From an uncultured Nitrospinota bacterium (GTDB lineage: Bacteria; Tectomicrobia; Entotheonellia; J063; CAVPRW01): 64,000 bases of DNA. The notes under the pieces were generated by a model. That model searched no databases, was not told where the DNA came from, and saw only the letters and a list, made by a program, of their open reading frames with translations. Position numbers and translations under genes: made by a program. Numbering within the stretch: position 1 is the first letter of the stretch; each line of letters starts with the position of its first letter. The DNA lies in assembly GCA_963707985.1 (NCBI GenBank), contig CAVPRW010000011.1:64001-128000 (forward strand), in the 5' to 3' direction. This document shows positions 46,007 to 55,888 of this stretch, in pieces.

Positions 46007-46372
46007 TCATTCTTCATCCTGACGCAAGACGTCGCGGATGCGCTCTTCCAAGCGGTCGAGGTCCCACTTGCCTTGATCGCGGATAATGGAGCGCAGCAGC
46101 GGGTTGATCTCGCTGATGGTGTCCACCAGATCGCTTAAAAGCTCGCGCTGTTCACGGATTTTGGTGATTTCCTTCGGCATCTCGACTATGTCGCCGAGGA
46201 TGGCCCCCTCCGAGCGCGAGGCGATGATGGGGCTGGCCACCTGTTCGATATACACTCTCGTGCGCTGCCCTGGGCCCCTGCCTTCTTCGATGGGCTCAAG
46301 TCCTACGATGCGGTCCGAACGAAAGTACTTCCCGTATCCGAGTGGGACCATCAGGCCTGGTTCGATTTTCAT
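46007..46372 (-). CDS. Small conserved protein, possibly RemA-like fold
   Basis: Good RBS (ggagg); LGYGKY..SDRIVG...RTRV motif. Confidence 0.6.
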   Translation of the reverse strand: MKIEPGLMVPLGYGKYFRSDRIVGLEPIEEGRGPGQRTRVYIEQVASPIIASRSEGAILGDIVEMPKEITKIREQRELLSDLVDTISEINPLLRSIIRDQGKWDLDRLEERIRDVLRQDEE

Positions 46373-46765
46373 GTGTAGTCCTCCTTTCGATCCGACTGTC
46401 TGCTCCGACATCCCCGGGAATTTGGCCTTAGTCTACGGAGGATAGCCACGATTGTCTATAGCACACACCGACTCCGACAGGCTACTATCTCACGGCTAGG
46501 ACGCGCCCCGAGCGATGTGGCAGGGCCCAGTGACGACGACGCACAGTGCCGTATGCCGGCGGTCAATTGTCATGTATAATAGGTTTTCATATCCGAGGCG
46601 ATGATCGTCGTGATGCTGAGCGGCTCGCCACCGATGGATTCTAGGTAAACGCCGTTATCAGAAAACAAGGGACTCAAGGCGCCTTCTGAGATCCTCGAAC
46701 CGATGCCGAAACATCGTGCTGCTCAGCGATAGGCGTGAGGATCTGCCAACATTGAGGAGATACTG

Positions 46766-47698
46766 ATGGACCATGGATTACGCATCCGCGGCGTGCTCTC
46801 GCCCGTGGTCACGCCGTTCACACGCGACTTGCGCCCCGATCCCGAGCGTTTCATCGCTCACTGTCGCTGGCTACTCAGCCAGAACTGCGGCCTTGCGGTG
46901 TTCGGAACCAATAGCGAGGCCAATTCGTTGTCGGTGGACGAGCGCATCGCACTGCTGGAAACGCTGCTGTCGGCCGGCCTCGATCCCACGCGCATGATGC
47001 CCGGCACCGGTTGCTGTGCCCTGACTGATACGGTGCGGCTCACTGAGCACGCCGTCAAGGCCGGCTGCGCCGGTGTGCTGATGCTGCCACCGTTTTACTA
47101 CAAAGATGTCACCGATGACGGTCTCTACCGCCAGTTCGCCGAAGTGATCGAGCGTGTGGGCGATACGCGGTTGCGGATCTATCTGTACCACATCCCCCCG
47201 GTGGCGGTGGTCGGTATCACACCGACGCTCGTCGAGCGCTTGCTGAAACGCTATCCGAGCGCGATCGCTGGCATGAAGGATAGCTCGGGCGACTGGGGCA
47301 ACACCAAGACGATCCTGGACAGCTTCGCCGCCTCCGGATTCGACGTGTTCCCGGGCAGCGAATCGTTTCTGCTCGCTGGCATGCGCCATGGTGGCGCTGG
47401 CTGTATCTCCGCTACCGCCAACGTCAATCCCGCCGCGATCGACCGGCTATATCGCGAGTGGCGAGGCGCCGACGCCGACCAACAGCAGGAGGCGCTCAAT
47501 ACCGTGCGCAAGACGGTCGGTCAGTATGTGATGATCCCGGCGCTCAAACAGGTCATTGCGCACTATGCCAGCGACCCCGAATGGGTGACGGTGCGCCCCC
47601 CACTCACCGAGCTGACCGCAGCACAGGCGAAGCAGGTGATGGAAGGACTGCATGGTTTGGGCTTCACCATGCCGGGTATGAACGGTGCGGCGGGCTAA
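46766..47698 (+). CDS. Dihydrodipicolinate synthase-family aldolase
   Basis: TPF, GTNSE, PPFYY, LYHIP, KDSSG and GCISATAN motifs. Confidence 0.9.
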   Translation: MDHGLRIRGVLSPVVTPFTRDLRPDPERFIAHCRWLLSQNCGLAVFGTNSEANSLSVDERIALLETLLSAGLDPTRMMPGTGCCALTDTVRLTEHAVKAGCAGVLMLPPFYYKDVTDDGLYRQFAEVIERVGDTRLRIYLYHIPPVAVVGITPTLVERLLKRYPSAIAGMKDSSGDWGNTKTILDSFAASGFDVFPGSESFLLAGMRHGGAGCISATANVNPAAIDRLYREWRGADADQQQEALNTVRKTVGQYVMIPALKQVIAHYASDPEWVTVRPPLTELTAAQAKQVMEGLHGLGFTMPGMNGAAG

Positions 47699-47963
47699 AC
47701 CATGCCGTCGACCATGCACGGGCTGGACAAGCCTGGCGTCAGGGAGTATCGTAGGGCCCGAGGAACGCTAGGGATGGAGCGGCTCGTGGAACGCGGCAGG
47801 GGTAGGACCATGGCCGGTTGCAGCTGATGGGGGATGCATATGCGCCCGGCTTCCTGTATGATGACGGCCAAGAGTCGGAGCGTACCTCCTCGGCACCAGG
47901 CACGGACCTGATGCCGCAGGCGTTGCGAGTGTTTGTCATCGCGCTTTGAGAAGGAGGGTTGCC

Positions 47964-48932
47964 ATGAAAGCCGTGAGAGTCCACAAGCCAGGCGGGCCCG
48001 AAGGGTTAGTCTACGAGGACGTTCCTGATCCCAAAGCGGGGGCGGGTCAAGCCGTCGTCAAGGTCGAGGCCATTGGCCTGAATTTCGCCGAGGTGAACCA
48101 ACGCCGCAATGCTAATCCAGCGTCGGTGCCGATGCCCATCGGTGGAGAGGCCGCCGGCACCGTTGTGGAGGTCGGAGCTGGTGTCACGCAATTCAAGGTT
48201 GGGGACCGTGTCGCCTTCAACGGCGTCCCCGGTGCCTATGCCGAGATGGTCGTGGCCCCAGCGGCGCGACTGGTCCGCATCCCCGATAATGTGAGCACCA
48301 AACAAGCGGCGGGCTCCCTACTGCAGGGGATGACGGCGCACTACCTGGCCTGTAGCACCTATCCTCTTGGCCCGAAGGACACCTGCGTGGTGCACGCAGC
48401 TGCGGGAGGGGTCGGTCTCCTGCTCTGTCAGATCGCTAAACAGCGGGGCGCGCGCGTCCTGGGAACGGTTTCCACCGAAGAGAAGGCCAAGGCGGCGCGG
48501 GAAGCGGGTGCCAATGAAGCGATCCTGTACACCCAGGTCGACTTCGCCGAGGAGGTGAAGCGGTTGACCGACGGCCGCGGCGCTGACGTGGTCTATGACA
48601 GCGTCGGCAAGACGACCTTCGCCAAAGGGTTGGATTGTCTACACCCACGCGGCATGATGGTGGTCTACGGCCAAGCCAGTGGCCCCGTTGAGCCTGTCGA
48701 TACCGGCCTGCTCAGCACCAAGGGCTGCCTCTACTTGACGCGCGTGAATCTGGGCACCTACACGGCGACGCGCCAGGAGCTTGAGGAACGTTCGGGGGAT
48801 ATCTTCCGCTGGGTCGGTAATGGCCAGCTGAAGGTCCATGTCTACGGCGAGTACCCGCTGGCGGAAGCTGGCAAAGCACAGGCCGCGCTCGAACACCGCG
48901 AGACGATCGGCAAGGTGCTCTTGGTTCCATAA
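47964..48932 (+). CDS. qor: NADPH:quinone oxidoreductase
   Basis: GGP, LLQGMTAHYL, HAAAGGVG, YDSVGK and GQASG motifs. Confidence 0.88.
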   Translation: MKAVRVHKPGGPEGLVYEDVPDPKAGAGQAVVKVEAIGLNFAEVNQRRNANPASVPMPIGGEAAGTVVEVGAGVTQFKVGDRVAFNGVPGAYAEMVVAPAARLVRIPDNVSTKQAAGSLLQGMTAHYLACSTYPLGPKDTCVVHAAAGGVGLLLCQIAKQRGARVLGTVSTEEKAKAAREAGANEAILYTQVDFAEEVKRLTDGRGADVVYDSVGKTTFAKGLDCLHPRGMMVVYGQASGPVEPVDTGLLSTKGCLYLTRVNLGTYTATRQELEERSGDIFRWVGNGQLKVHVYGEYPLAEAGKAQAALEHRETIGKVLLVP

Positions 48933-48947
48933 CACTGAGGACAGGGT

Positions 48948-49628
48948 ATGAGCGCGCAAGAGCGCCCGGACAACCTGGTTGAGGCGGCTGTCGCGCAGCA
49001 GAGAGCCGCGACCATCAGCGTGCTCGAAGTCAGCCGGCAAGACACAGCAGTGTTGGAGCTGGTCAGGCAAGTCCATGACGACATGACTGCGGCGATCGAG
49101 GCCCTGCCAAGCAAGGCTCAACATGCTTGTGCACCCGGCTGTGACTTTTGCTGTTACCTGCCGGTGGATGTGCTGACCCCGGAAGCCTTCCGCATTGCGG
49201 CGTATCTCGAGCGGACGCGTTCTCCAGAAGAATTGGCGACTTTGGTGTATCGATTGGGGACCCAGGGCCAGCACGATTTCGGCGTGCGGCCCTGTGCATT
49301 CCTCGCCAATGGGCGGTGCTCGATCTACGAGGTGCGCCCCATGGTCTGCCGGGGCTACAACTCACTCTCGAAAGAGCGCTGTGGAGCGTATCATCTTGAC
49401 GCCAGTGTCGACCTGAAGGGGTCGAAGGATCGCGTGGCGGGCCGCTTGGCAGAAGCCATAGAGGATGGAGTCGTCGCGGGCCTGGAGGCGCTGGGTCTCG
49501 ACGCGCAATGGTATGAGTTACCCAGCGCCGTCCTGCGCGCTCTAGAGGCGACCGATGGACCGGCACGATGGGCAAGGGGTGAGACGGTGTTCCAGGGCTG
49601 CGACCAGCTGTCCCAGTGGCGTTGCTAG
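48948..49628 (+). CDS. YkgJ-family cysteine-cluster protein
   Basis: CxxGCxxCC, CAFL..G.CSIYEVRP.VCR motifs. Confidence 0.85.
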   Translation: MSAQERPDNLVEAAVAQQRAATISVLEVSRQDTAVLELVRQVHDDMTAAIEALPSKAQHACAPGCDFCCYLPVDVLTPEAFRIAAYLERTRSPEELATLVYRLGTQGQHDFGVRPCAFLANGRCSIYEVRPMVCRGYNSLSKERCGAYHLDASVDLKGSKDRVAGRLAEAIEDGVVAGLEALGLDAQWYELPSAVLRALEATDGPARWARGETVFQGCDQLSQWRC

Positions 49629-49724
49629 CTCCGAACACCCGACTCGTGCCTCCCCGGCCCAAGGGGTTGCCGACACTATTTCTCTTGCCCGCTTTGCCGG
49701 GGAGGTAGTACCAAGCGCACGCGC

Positions 49725-49754
49725 TTGACATCACCACGTATCATCTTGTAAATT
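49725..49754 (+). promoter_or_regulatory. Putative sigma70 promoter
   Basis: TTGACA, 18 bp spacer, TAAATT. Confidence 0.5.
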
Positions 49755-50259
49755 AAGCATGGATAATCACCGGCCAATCGTTCCAGCTTAGAGCCGAAGG
49801 AAAAATTCTTATGCAATCTAAGATTCGCAAAACGGTGGCGTTGCTCACCTGTCAGTGATCCCCGGTGTTCTCCCGGAGGGAGCGGGTACAGGGGCTGTAC
49901 CTGAAACCGGTGCGCCGGGAAGGAAAGGGCATCCTGGAGCAGAGAGCGGTGAGGAGTGCCTCGGGTTGGCCCAGGTTGGGTCCGCCCTCGCGTTGGCTGC
50001 GTGCTGCAGGACGCGAACTATCCTAACCCTGTCATCCACACGTCTCTAGCCTTTCATCCTTCCTCACGTCACCATAACCACGACAGACAGTCGAGCGCCT
50101 CTAGCAGGGTAGCCTGCGAAGCTATTGGCTCGCATGCAAGGTCCCACACGGTGGGATGATTGACAGTATATTTCCTAGACCCTCAAGGGCCGCTAGCATG
50201 GGGCCCATGATGGGTCTTTTCCAGGGTGAGGTACTTCCGTGACGGAGGTTTTGACACTC

Positions 50260-50505
50260 ATGGCCGAGATCAAAATGTATACCACCAGTTGGTGTGGCGA
50301 TTGTCGCATGACCAAAATGTTCATGGCGGAGAAGGGCATCAGCTACGAAGAGATCGACATCGAGCAGACGCCCGGGGCGGCGGAAATCGTCATGAAGGCC
50401 AATGATGGCAAGCGCAGAGTCCCAACGTTGGATATCGATGGTCGCTTCGTCGCCGTGAGCCCGTTTAACCGCCGGCAGCTAGAAGAGGCGCTTGGCCTGG
50501 CGTAA
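50260..50505 (+). CDS. Glutaredoxin/mycoredoxin-like protein
   Basis: YTTSWCGDC and RVPT motifs. Confidence 0.88.
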   Translation: MAEIKMYTTSWCGDCRMTKMFMAEKGISYEEIDIEQTPGAAEIVMKANDGKRRVPTLDIDGRFVAVSPFNRRQLEEALGLA

Positions 50506-50563
50506 ACCAGGAGCATGTGGTGGCAGGGCATGGGGCGGATGCTGGAAGGCCGAGGAGAGCAGC

Positions 50564-51436
50564 ATGCGGCAATGGATAGCAGTGATCGCATTGACAGGCT
50601 TGTTGACAGTGCTTGGCACCGGTGGAGCCGGGGCGGGAGAGAGCCCCGCCACTCTGCGGATGTCGGCGATTCCTGATGAAAATCCCACGGAGTTGATGCG
50701 GATTTACGCCCCATTTGCGGAATATCTGCAGCGTGAGATCGGCATTCCGGTGCAATTCACCCCTGTGGTGGACTATGCGGCCACCGTGGAGGGTATGGCG
50801 GCAGGCAAGCTTGACCTGGTGTGGTTTGGCGGACTGACCCATGTGCAGGCGCGCATCCGGACCAATAACACGGCCTATGCCATCGCCATGCGTGAGGAAG
50901 ACCTCAGGTTCAAGAGCGTCTTCATCACCAATCCACAAGCGAACATTAAATCGCTTGAAGGGCTGAAAGGTAAAACTTTTGCCTTTGGCAGTGCGGGCTC
51001 AACCTCGGGCCATACGATGCCGCGTTATTTTCTCCTGAAAGCCGGCATCGTCCCCGAGGAAGACTTCAGCAAGTTCAGCTTTAGCGGGGCCCACGATGCC
51101 ACGGCCCTATGGGTCCAGTCGGAACGCGTGGACGCCGGGGCATTGAATATGTCCGTCTGGGAGAAATTGGTCGACACCAAGAAAGTCGATACCGCACAAG
51201 TCTTTGTCTTCTGGACCACGCCACCCTACGTGGATTATAACTGGACGGTGCGTGGTGACCTCGACAAAGGCCTTGTTGAAAAGATCAAACAGGCCTTCTT
51301 GAAGCTAAACCGCTCGAATCCTGAACAGGCCAAGTTGCTCGACCTGCACCGGGCGACACGCTACGTCGAGGTGGAGTCCGAGGATATTTTTCAGCCGATC
51401 GAAGAAGCTGCACGGCAGGGCGGCTTGATCAAATAG
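50564..51436 (+). CDS. PhnD-type substrate-binding protein ('putative selenate' ABC subfamily-like)
   Basis: Signal peptide; SAIPDE, DYAATV, GSTSGH, FSGAHDAT and TPPYVDY motifs. Confidence 0.82.
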   Translation: MRQWIAVIALTGLLTVLGTGGAGAGESPATLRMSAIPDENPTELMRIYAPFAEYLQREIGIPVQFTPVVDYAATVEGMAAGKLDLVWFGGLTHVQARIRTNNTAYAIAMREEDLRFKSVFITNPQANIKSLEGLKGKTFAFGSAGSTSGHTMPRYFLLKAGIVPEEDFSKFSFSGAHDATALWVQSERVDAGALNMSVWEKLVDTKKVDTAQVFVFWTTPPYVDYNWTVRGDLDKGLVEKIKQAFLKLNRSNPEQAKLLDLHRATRYVEVESEDIFQPIEEAARQGGLIK

Positions 51437-52216
51437 ATGGCGCCTTCCATGTACCGATTGGACCATGTCCGCAAGGTGTTTCCCGATGGCACGGTAGCGG
51501 TTGATGAGGTCACGCTCGACGTCGAGGCGGGCGAGCGTGTAGCCGTGATTGGACCCAGCGGGGCCGGCAAGACCACCTTGTTCCGCATGCTCAACGCTAC
51601 ACTACGCCCAACCTCTGGGACTCTCCGCTTCGATGCAGCGAACCTGGAGCGTCTCTCCGGTCGAGGTCTGCGTCAACTACGGCGACGCATCGGTACGGTC
51701 TATCAACAACACAACCTGGTTCCCCAACTCCGTGTCGTGCACAATGTCCTGGCGGGACGTCTTGGGCACTGGTCTCTGCCAAAGGCGTTATGGTCGCTCA
51801 TCGCGCCACAGGAACGTGACGTTGCCCTGGCGGCGTTGGAGCAAGTCGGGATACCCGAGAAGCTCTACACGCGGACGGCCTATCTGTCAGGCGGTCAGCA
51901 GCAGCGCGTGGCCATTGCCCGCGTGCTGGTGCAGAATCCCGAGGTCATCCTGGCGGATGAACCGGTGTCCTCGGTCGATCCAACGCTCGGGCGGACCATC
52001 ATCGAGTTGCTGGTGCAGCTGGCTGAGAGCCATCGGAAGACGTTGGTGGCGAACTTGCATGCGGTCTCTTTTGCGTTGGACTTCTTTCCACGGGTGGTCG
52101 GTGTTCGTCACGGACGGATTGCCTTCGATCTCCCCTCAGCCGCCGTGACCGAGCAAGTGTTGGCGGATTTATATGCGGGGATGGAGACATCGCCGGTCCT
52201 GTCCGCATACCCATGA
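51437..52216 (+). CDS. PhnC-type ABC ATPase
   Basis: GPSGAGKTT, NVLAGRLG, LSGGQQQRVAIAR and ADEP motifs. Confidence 0.9.
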   Translation: MAPSMYRLDHVRKVFPDGTVAVDEVTLDVEAGERVAVIGPSGAGKTTLFRMLNATLRPTSGTLRFDAANLERLSGRGLRQLRRRIGTVYQQHNLVPQLRVVHNVLAGRLGHWSLPKALWSLIAPQERDVALAALEQVGIPEKLYTRTAYLSGGQQQRVAIARVLVQNPEVILADEPVSSVDPTLGRTIIELLVQLAESHRKTLVANLHAVSFALDFFPRVVGVRHGRIAFDLPSAAVTEQVLADLYAGMETSPVLSAYP

Positions 52217-53092
52217 GCACACGCGGGTCCAATATCCAGACCTGGAATGCCTGGTCAGCCCTGGACTCGCCACGCTGGAATCTGGCCACCCTGCTGGCTA
52301 TTCTCACCACCGGCGGAGCGCTCGCTGCCAGCTGGCACATCGCCCAGATCGAGCCCGGCTTGCTCTTCGGTGCGCAGGGGCGACGACATATTTGGGCCTT
52401 TCTGACGGGCCTATATCCACCGGAGCTGTCCGCACCATTCTTACGACTGCTCATCGTGCCGACGATCGAAACCATCCAAATTTCGATCATGGGCACGACA
52501 TTCGCCATCATGCTAGGGTTTCCACTGGCACTACTGGCGACAGATCGCCTGTGTTTTGCCGGCGTCGTGTATGAGATGGATGGTGATGCGGCCCGCTGGT
52601 GGCGTATGGTCCGCCGTAGCCTTTATCTGGCGGCCCGCATGCTGTTGAATCTCTGCCGTTCTATTCCCGATGTGGTCTGGGCGCTGATGTTCGTGCGCGT
52701 CGTCGGCCTCGGCCCCTTCCCCGGCGTGCTGGCCATAGGCGTATCCTACGGAGGTATGCTCGGTAAAATCTACGCCGAGATCCTCGAGAACAGCCCCGAG
52801 GCGTCCCATTGAGGCACTGCACGCCGCTGGGACCGGAAAGTCGGCGCTGCTGGTCTATGGGTTTCTACCCCAGGTGTTTGGACACCTGGTGTCCTATAGC
52901 CTCTACCGCTGGGAATGCGCCATCCGCTCGGCGGCCATTCTCGGGTTGGTTGGCGCCGGCGGGCTTGGGCAGCAAGTCGAGTTGTCCATGCGCATGTTCC
53001 AACATCACGAGACCAGCACCATCCTGATCATCGTGTTCCTGTTGGTGACGGCTGTCGATCATCTCAGCACGATGATTCGCAAAGCCCTGTGA
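52213..53092 (+). CDS. PhnE-type permease 1 (frameshift near 52805)
   Basis: RSIPDVVWAL, GLGP, LGKIYAE and LYRWE.AIRSA motifs. Confidence 0.85.
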
Positions 53093-53223
53093 AGCACTTT
53101 ATAGCGGAACGGGTGCGACAATACGATTCGATGCCATGGCGCTTTCGCTCGGCGTAAGGCGATTGCCCGCCGAATGGACAGGAAGGCAGCCACACATGGA
53201 CCAGAATACCAGACAAATCACGA

Positions 53224-53505
53224 TTGCCACAGATCGATGTGGATGACGACGCATTCTCTCGATCCCTGGGAGAGATCGAGAGGGTGTCCCCAGACCACGA
53301 ATGGGATGCCGGCGATATGGGCTGCGGCGAGTTGGTCTTTCATTTGAGTCTCCTGCTCAAACCCATGCAACCTGGGCAACTCCTGAAGTTGACTGCCCGT
53401 GATCTGGGTGTACCCCAAGATCTCCCAGCGTGGTGCCGGCTGACCGGGCATCACCTGACATATGCTGACCATCCAATTTATTTACTTCGGCGAAGGGAGG
53501 ATTAG
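53224..53505 (+). CDS. TusA-like sulfur carrier (start uncertain)
   Basis: DAGDMGCG, PGQLL..TARD.G...DLPAWCRLTGH motifs. Confidence 0.82.
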   Translation: MPQIDVDDDAFSRSLGEIERVSPDHEWDAGDMGCGELVFHLSLLLKPMQPGQLLKLTARDLGVPQDLPAWCRLTGHHLTYADHPIYLLRRRED

Positions 53506-53508
53506 ATC

Positions 53509-53871
53509 ATGGCCGGAAAATTCTGCGTCAGCCTGACCTGTGCGAAAGACAACACCGACAAAGCGACGGTGGCGTTCGTTGTGGCCAATGCAGCAGTCGC
53601 CTCGGATAAAGAGACCATGGTGTTCCTGAGCACCGAAGGGGTACGGCTTTCCGAAAAGGGCTATGCCGACGACATTCATGAGGAGGGGTTCTCTCCACTG
53701 CGAGAGCTGATCGAGAATTTCGCCAAAGCCGGCGGCCAGATCTACGTGTGCTCCCCCTGCTTCAGGCGCCGCAAGCTCGACGAGAACAATCTGGTGCCCG
53801 GGGCGGTGATCGTCGGTGGTGCCAAGCTCGTCGAGTTCCTCAGCGATGGGAGCCCGAGCGTCAGCTATTAA
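53509..53871 (+). CDS. DsrE-family protein
   Basis: FL..EGV and GGQIYVCSPC motifs. Confidence 0.85.
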   Translation: MAGKFCVSLTCAKDNTDKATVAFVVANAAVASDKETMVFLSTEGVRLSEKGYADDIHEEGFSPLRELIENFAKAGGQIYVCSPCFRRRKLDENNLVPGAVIVGGAKLVEFLSDGSPSVSY

Positions 53872-54009
53872 CTGCTACGTTGGACTCGTGCAATGTGGAG
53901 GCAGGGCTTCGCCGCTCGGCAAGCTACCGACGGCCATGCTGAGAAGCCAAGGGGCGAAGCTCTCCGTCCACATGAGAGGAATTCCCTGAAATCGTCTTAG
54001 AGGTCGGTT

Positions 54010-54738
54010 ATGAATGCCCATGGGAGCCTGCGTCCTGACGCCATATGCGACGGTGGAGACCTCGATTGCGGGAGTGGGCTGCTGTTGATCATCAGAAACG
54101 CCATGCAGCCGCTGCCCCCAGGGGGGGTACTGGAGGTTCGTAGCCGCGAAAGCAGTGTGAAGGAAGACCTGCCAGCTTGGTGCAGGCTGGTCGGTCACAC
54201 GCTGGAGGGTGTGCAGCCTGGTGAAGGCACCTACACGCATTACTACGTGCGCAAGCAGCAGGCCGACGCGGCGCTGAAGGCTGACGTCGATAAGGCCCGA
54301 GCGTTTGTCTGGTCGGCACGCGTGCGCTGGACCGAGGGCATGCAGGCCAAGGCCTTCATCCGCAATCATTCCTTCAACGTGGGCCAGCCGGCGAGCTTCG
54401 ATACCCAGGATGCGGCCCCCAGCGCTGTCGAGTATCTGCTCGGCGCCATCGGCGGCTGTCTGGCCGTGGGGTTCCAGTGGCGTGCCTCCCAGCGCGGCAT
54501 TGAAGTGCGTAATCTGGAAGTCTCGTTGCAGGCCCAGGCGGACAATATTCTGGTATTCCTGGGGTTGGAAGAAGAGGGACATCCAGGTTTGAAGCAGATC
54601 GAAGGTCGCCTCTACATCGACGCCGACGGGGACGACGACGTGCTGCAGGAGCTTTGGCGGGAGACCCTCAGGCGTTCGCCGGTGACGCAGTCGTTGCTGC
54701 ACGAGGTAACTGTACAAATTGAGCTTCGGAGGGTGTGA
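54010..54738 (+). CDS. TusA-OsmC fusion protein
   Basis: N-terminal DGGDLDCG...DLPAWC; C-terminal PSAVEYLLGAIGGCL...RRSPV. Confidence 0.8.
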   Translation: MNAHGSLRPDAICDGGDLDCGSGLLLIIRNAMQPLPPGGVLEVRSRESSVKEDLPAWCRLVGHTLEGVQPGEGTYTHYYVRKQQADAALKADVDKARAFVWSARVRWTEGMQAKAFIRNHSFNVGQPASFDTQDAAPSAVEYLLGAIGGCLAVGFQWRASQRGIEVRNLEVSLQAQADNILVFLGLEEEGHPGLKQIEGRLYIDADGDDDVLQELWRETLRRSPVTQSLLHEVTVQIELRRV

Positions 54739-55885
54739 TGGCGACGCTGGCCGCTCTTTCCTGTTACGGTGGTAGGTAGTTGGCCACGGCCGACGTGGTT
54801 GCTGGAAGCGATGAAGCGCGGACGGTCGGACCTGCACGCCCTGCAGGACGAGGCGACGCTTTTGGCGATCAAGTATCAGGAAGATGCCGGCGTCGATATC
54901 GTTTCGGATGGCGAGCAGCGACGCGATAATTTTTACTCGTTCATCTGTCACCGTCTAGAAGGTATCCGCCTGATGACCATGGCCGATCTCCTGGAATATG
55001 TCGAGGACAAGGCGGCTTTCGAGACACTGCTCAATGCGTTGGACGTACCGGCCTTTGCCATCAAGAACCCGACGGTGGTCGGCAAGCTGAGCCCCAAGGA
55101 ACCACTTGTTCTGGAGGATTTCAAGTTCTTGCGCGAGCATACGCGCAAGCCGGTGAAGGTGACGCTGCCGGGGCCATATCTCCTCAGCCGTTCCACCTGG
55201 GTGAAAAACCTCTCTGACACGGCCTATCCAACACGCGAGGCCCTGGCCGACGACATCGTGCTGATTCTGCGCGATGAGCTGCGCGCCCTGGCGGCAGCCG
55301 GCGCCGAGATCGTCCAGTTCGATGAACCCGTCCTCACGGAGTTGGTCTTCGCCGGTAAATCAGCTACACGCACCTTCATGTGCGCCGCCCTGGCCGCCAG
55401 CGCCAGCCCGGAGGGAGAACTGGAGTTTGCCGTCGATCTGATCAATCGCGTCGTCGCCGGCATCGACGGCCCGATCCTGGCCTTACATGTGTGTCGGGGC
55501 AATTGGAGTCAGAAGGAGGAAGTGTTGCTTGAGGGGTCGTACGATCCCCTCATCCCCTATTTCTGCCCGCATGCACATCCAGCAATTCGTACTGGAATAT
55601 GCGACGCCACGGGCCGGCACCTTGGAGGCCTTGCAAGCCCTACCAGCCAACGTGCAGGTCGGTTTTGGTGCGGTGAATCCGCGCACCACCGTCTTGGAGT
55701 CCCCTGAAGCGGTCGCCTCCCGCGTCACCCAGCTCACCAAGTTCATCGCTCCCGAGCGTATCTACCTCAATCCGGATTGCGGCTTCGGCACGTTTGCGGA
55801 TCGCCCGGTGGGAACCCCTGAGGTGGCGTTCAAGAAGCTGAGGGTCTTATCCCAGGCGGCAGCGCTGTTGCGGGCGGCGACGTGA
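54738..55885 (+). CDS. Core (single-barrel) MetE-like Zn thiol-alkyltransferase (frameshifts near 54750 and 55565)
   Basis: VGSWPRP, SDGEQRR, LPGP, QFDEP, LHVCRGN, LEYAT and NPDCGF motifs. Confidence 0.85.
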
Positions 55886-55888
55886 GAT

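Noticed and set aside
46595..46640. Fluoride or lysine riboswitch
   Set aside because: GGCGATG is present, but the remaining consensus elements and spacing are missing.
49860..50000. SRP RNA, RNase P RNA, 6S RNA or cobalamin riboswitch
   Set aside because: Only superficial motifs (ggaaggaa, gaggag); the diagnostic cores are absent.
53196..53246. Selenocysteine readthrough at ...DRCG-TGA upstream of tusA
   Set aside because: Readthrough continues in a non-TusA frame; a frameshift error or downstream start explains it better.
53875..54951. 358-aa minus-strand ORF
   Set aside because: Antisense to well-supported TusA-OsmC and MetE-like genes, with no recognisable motifs.
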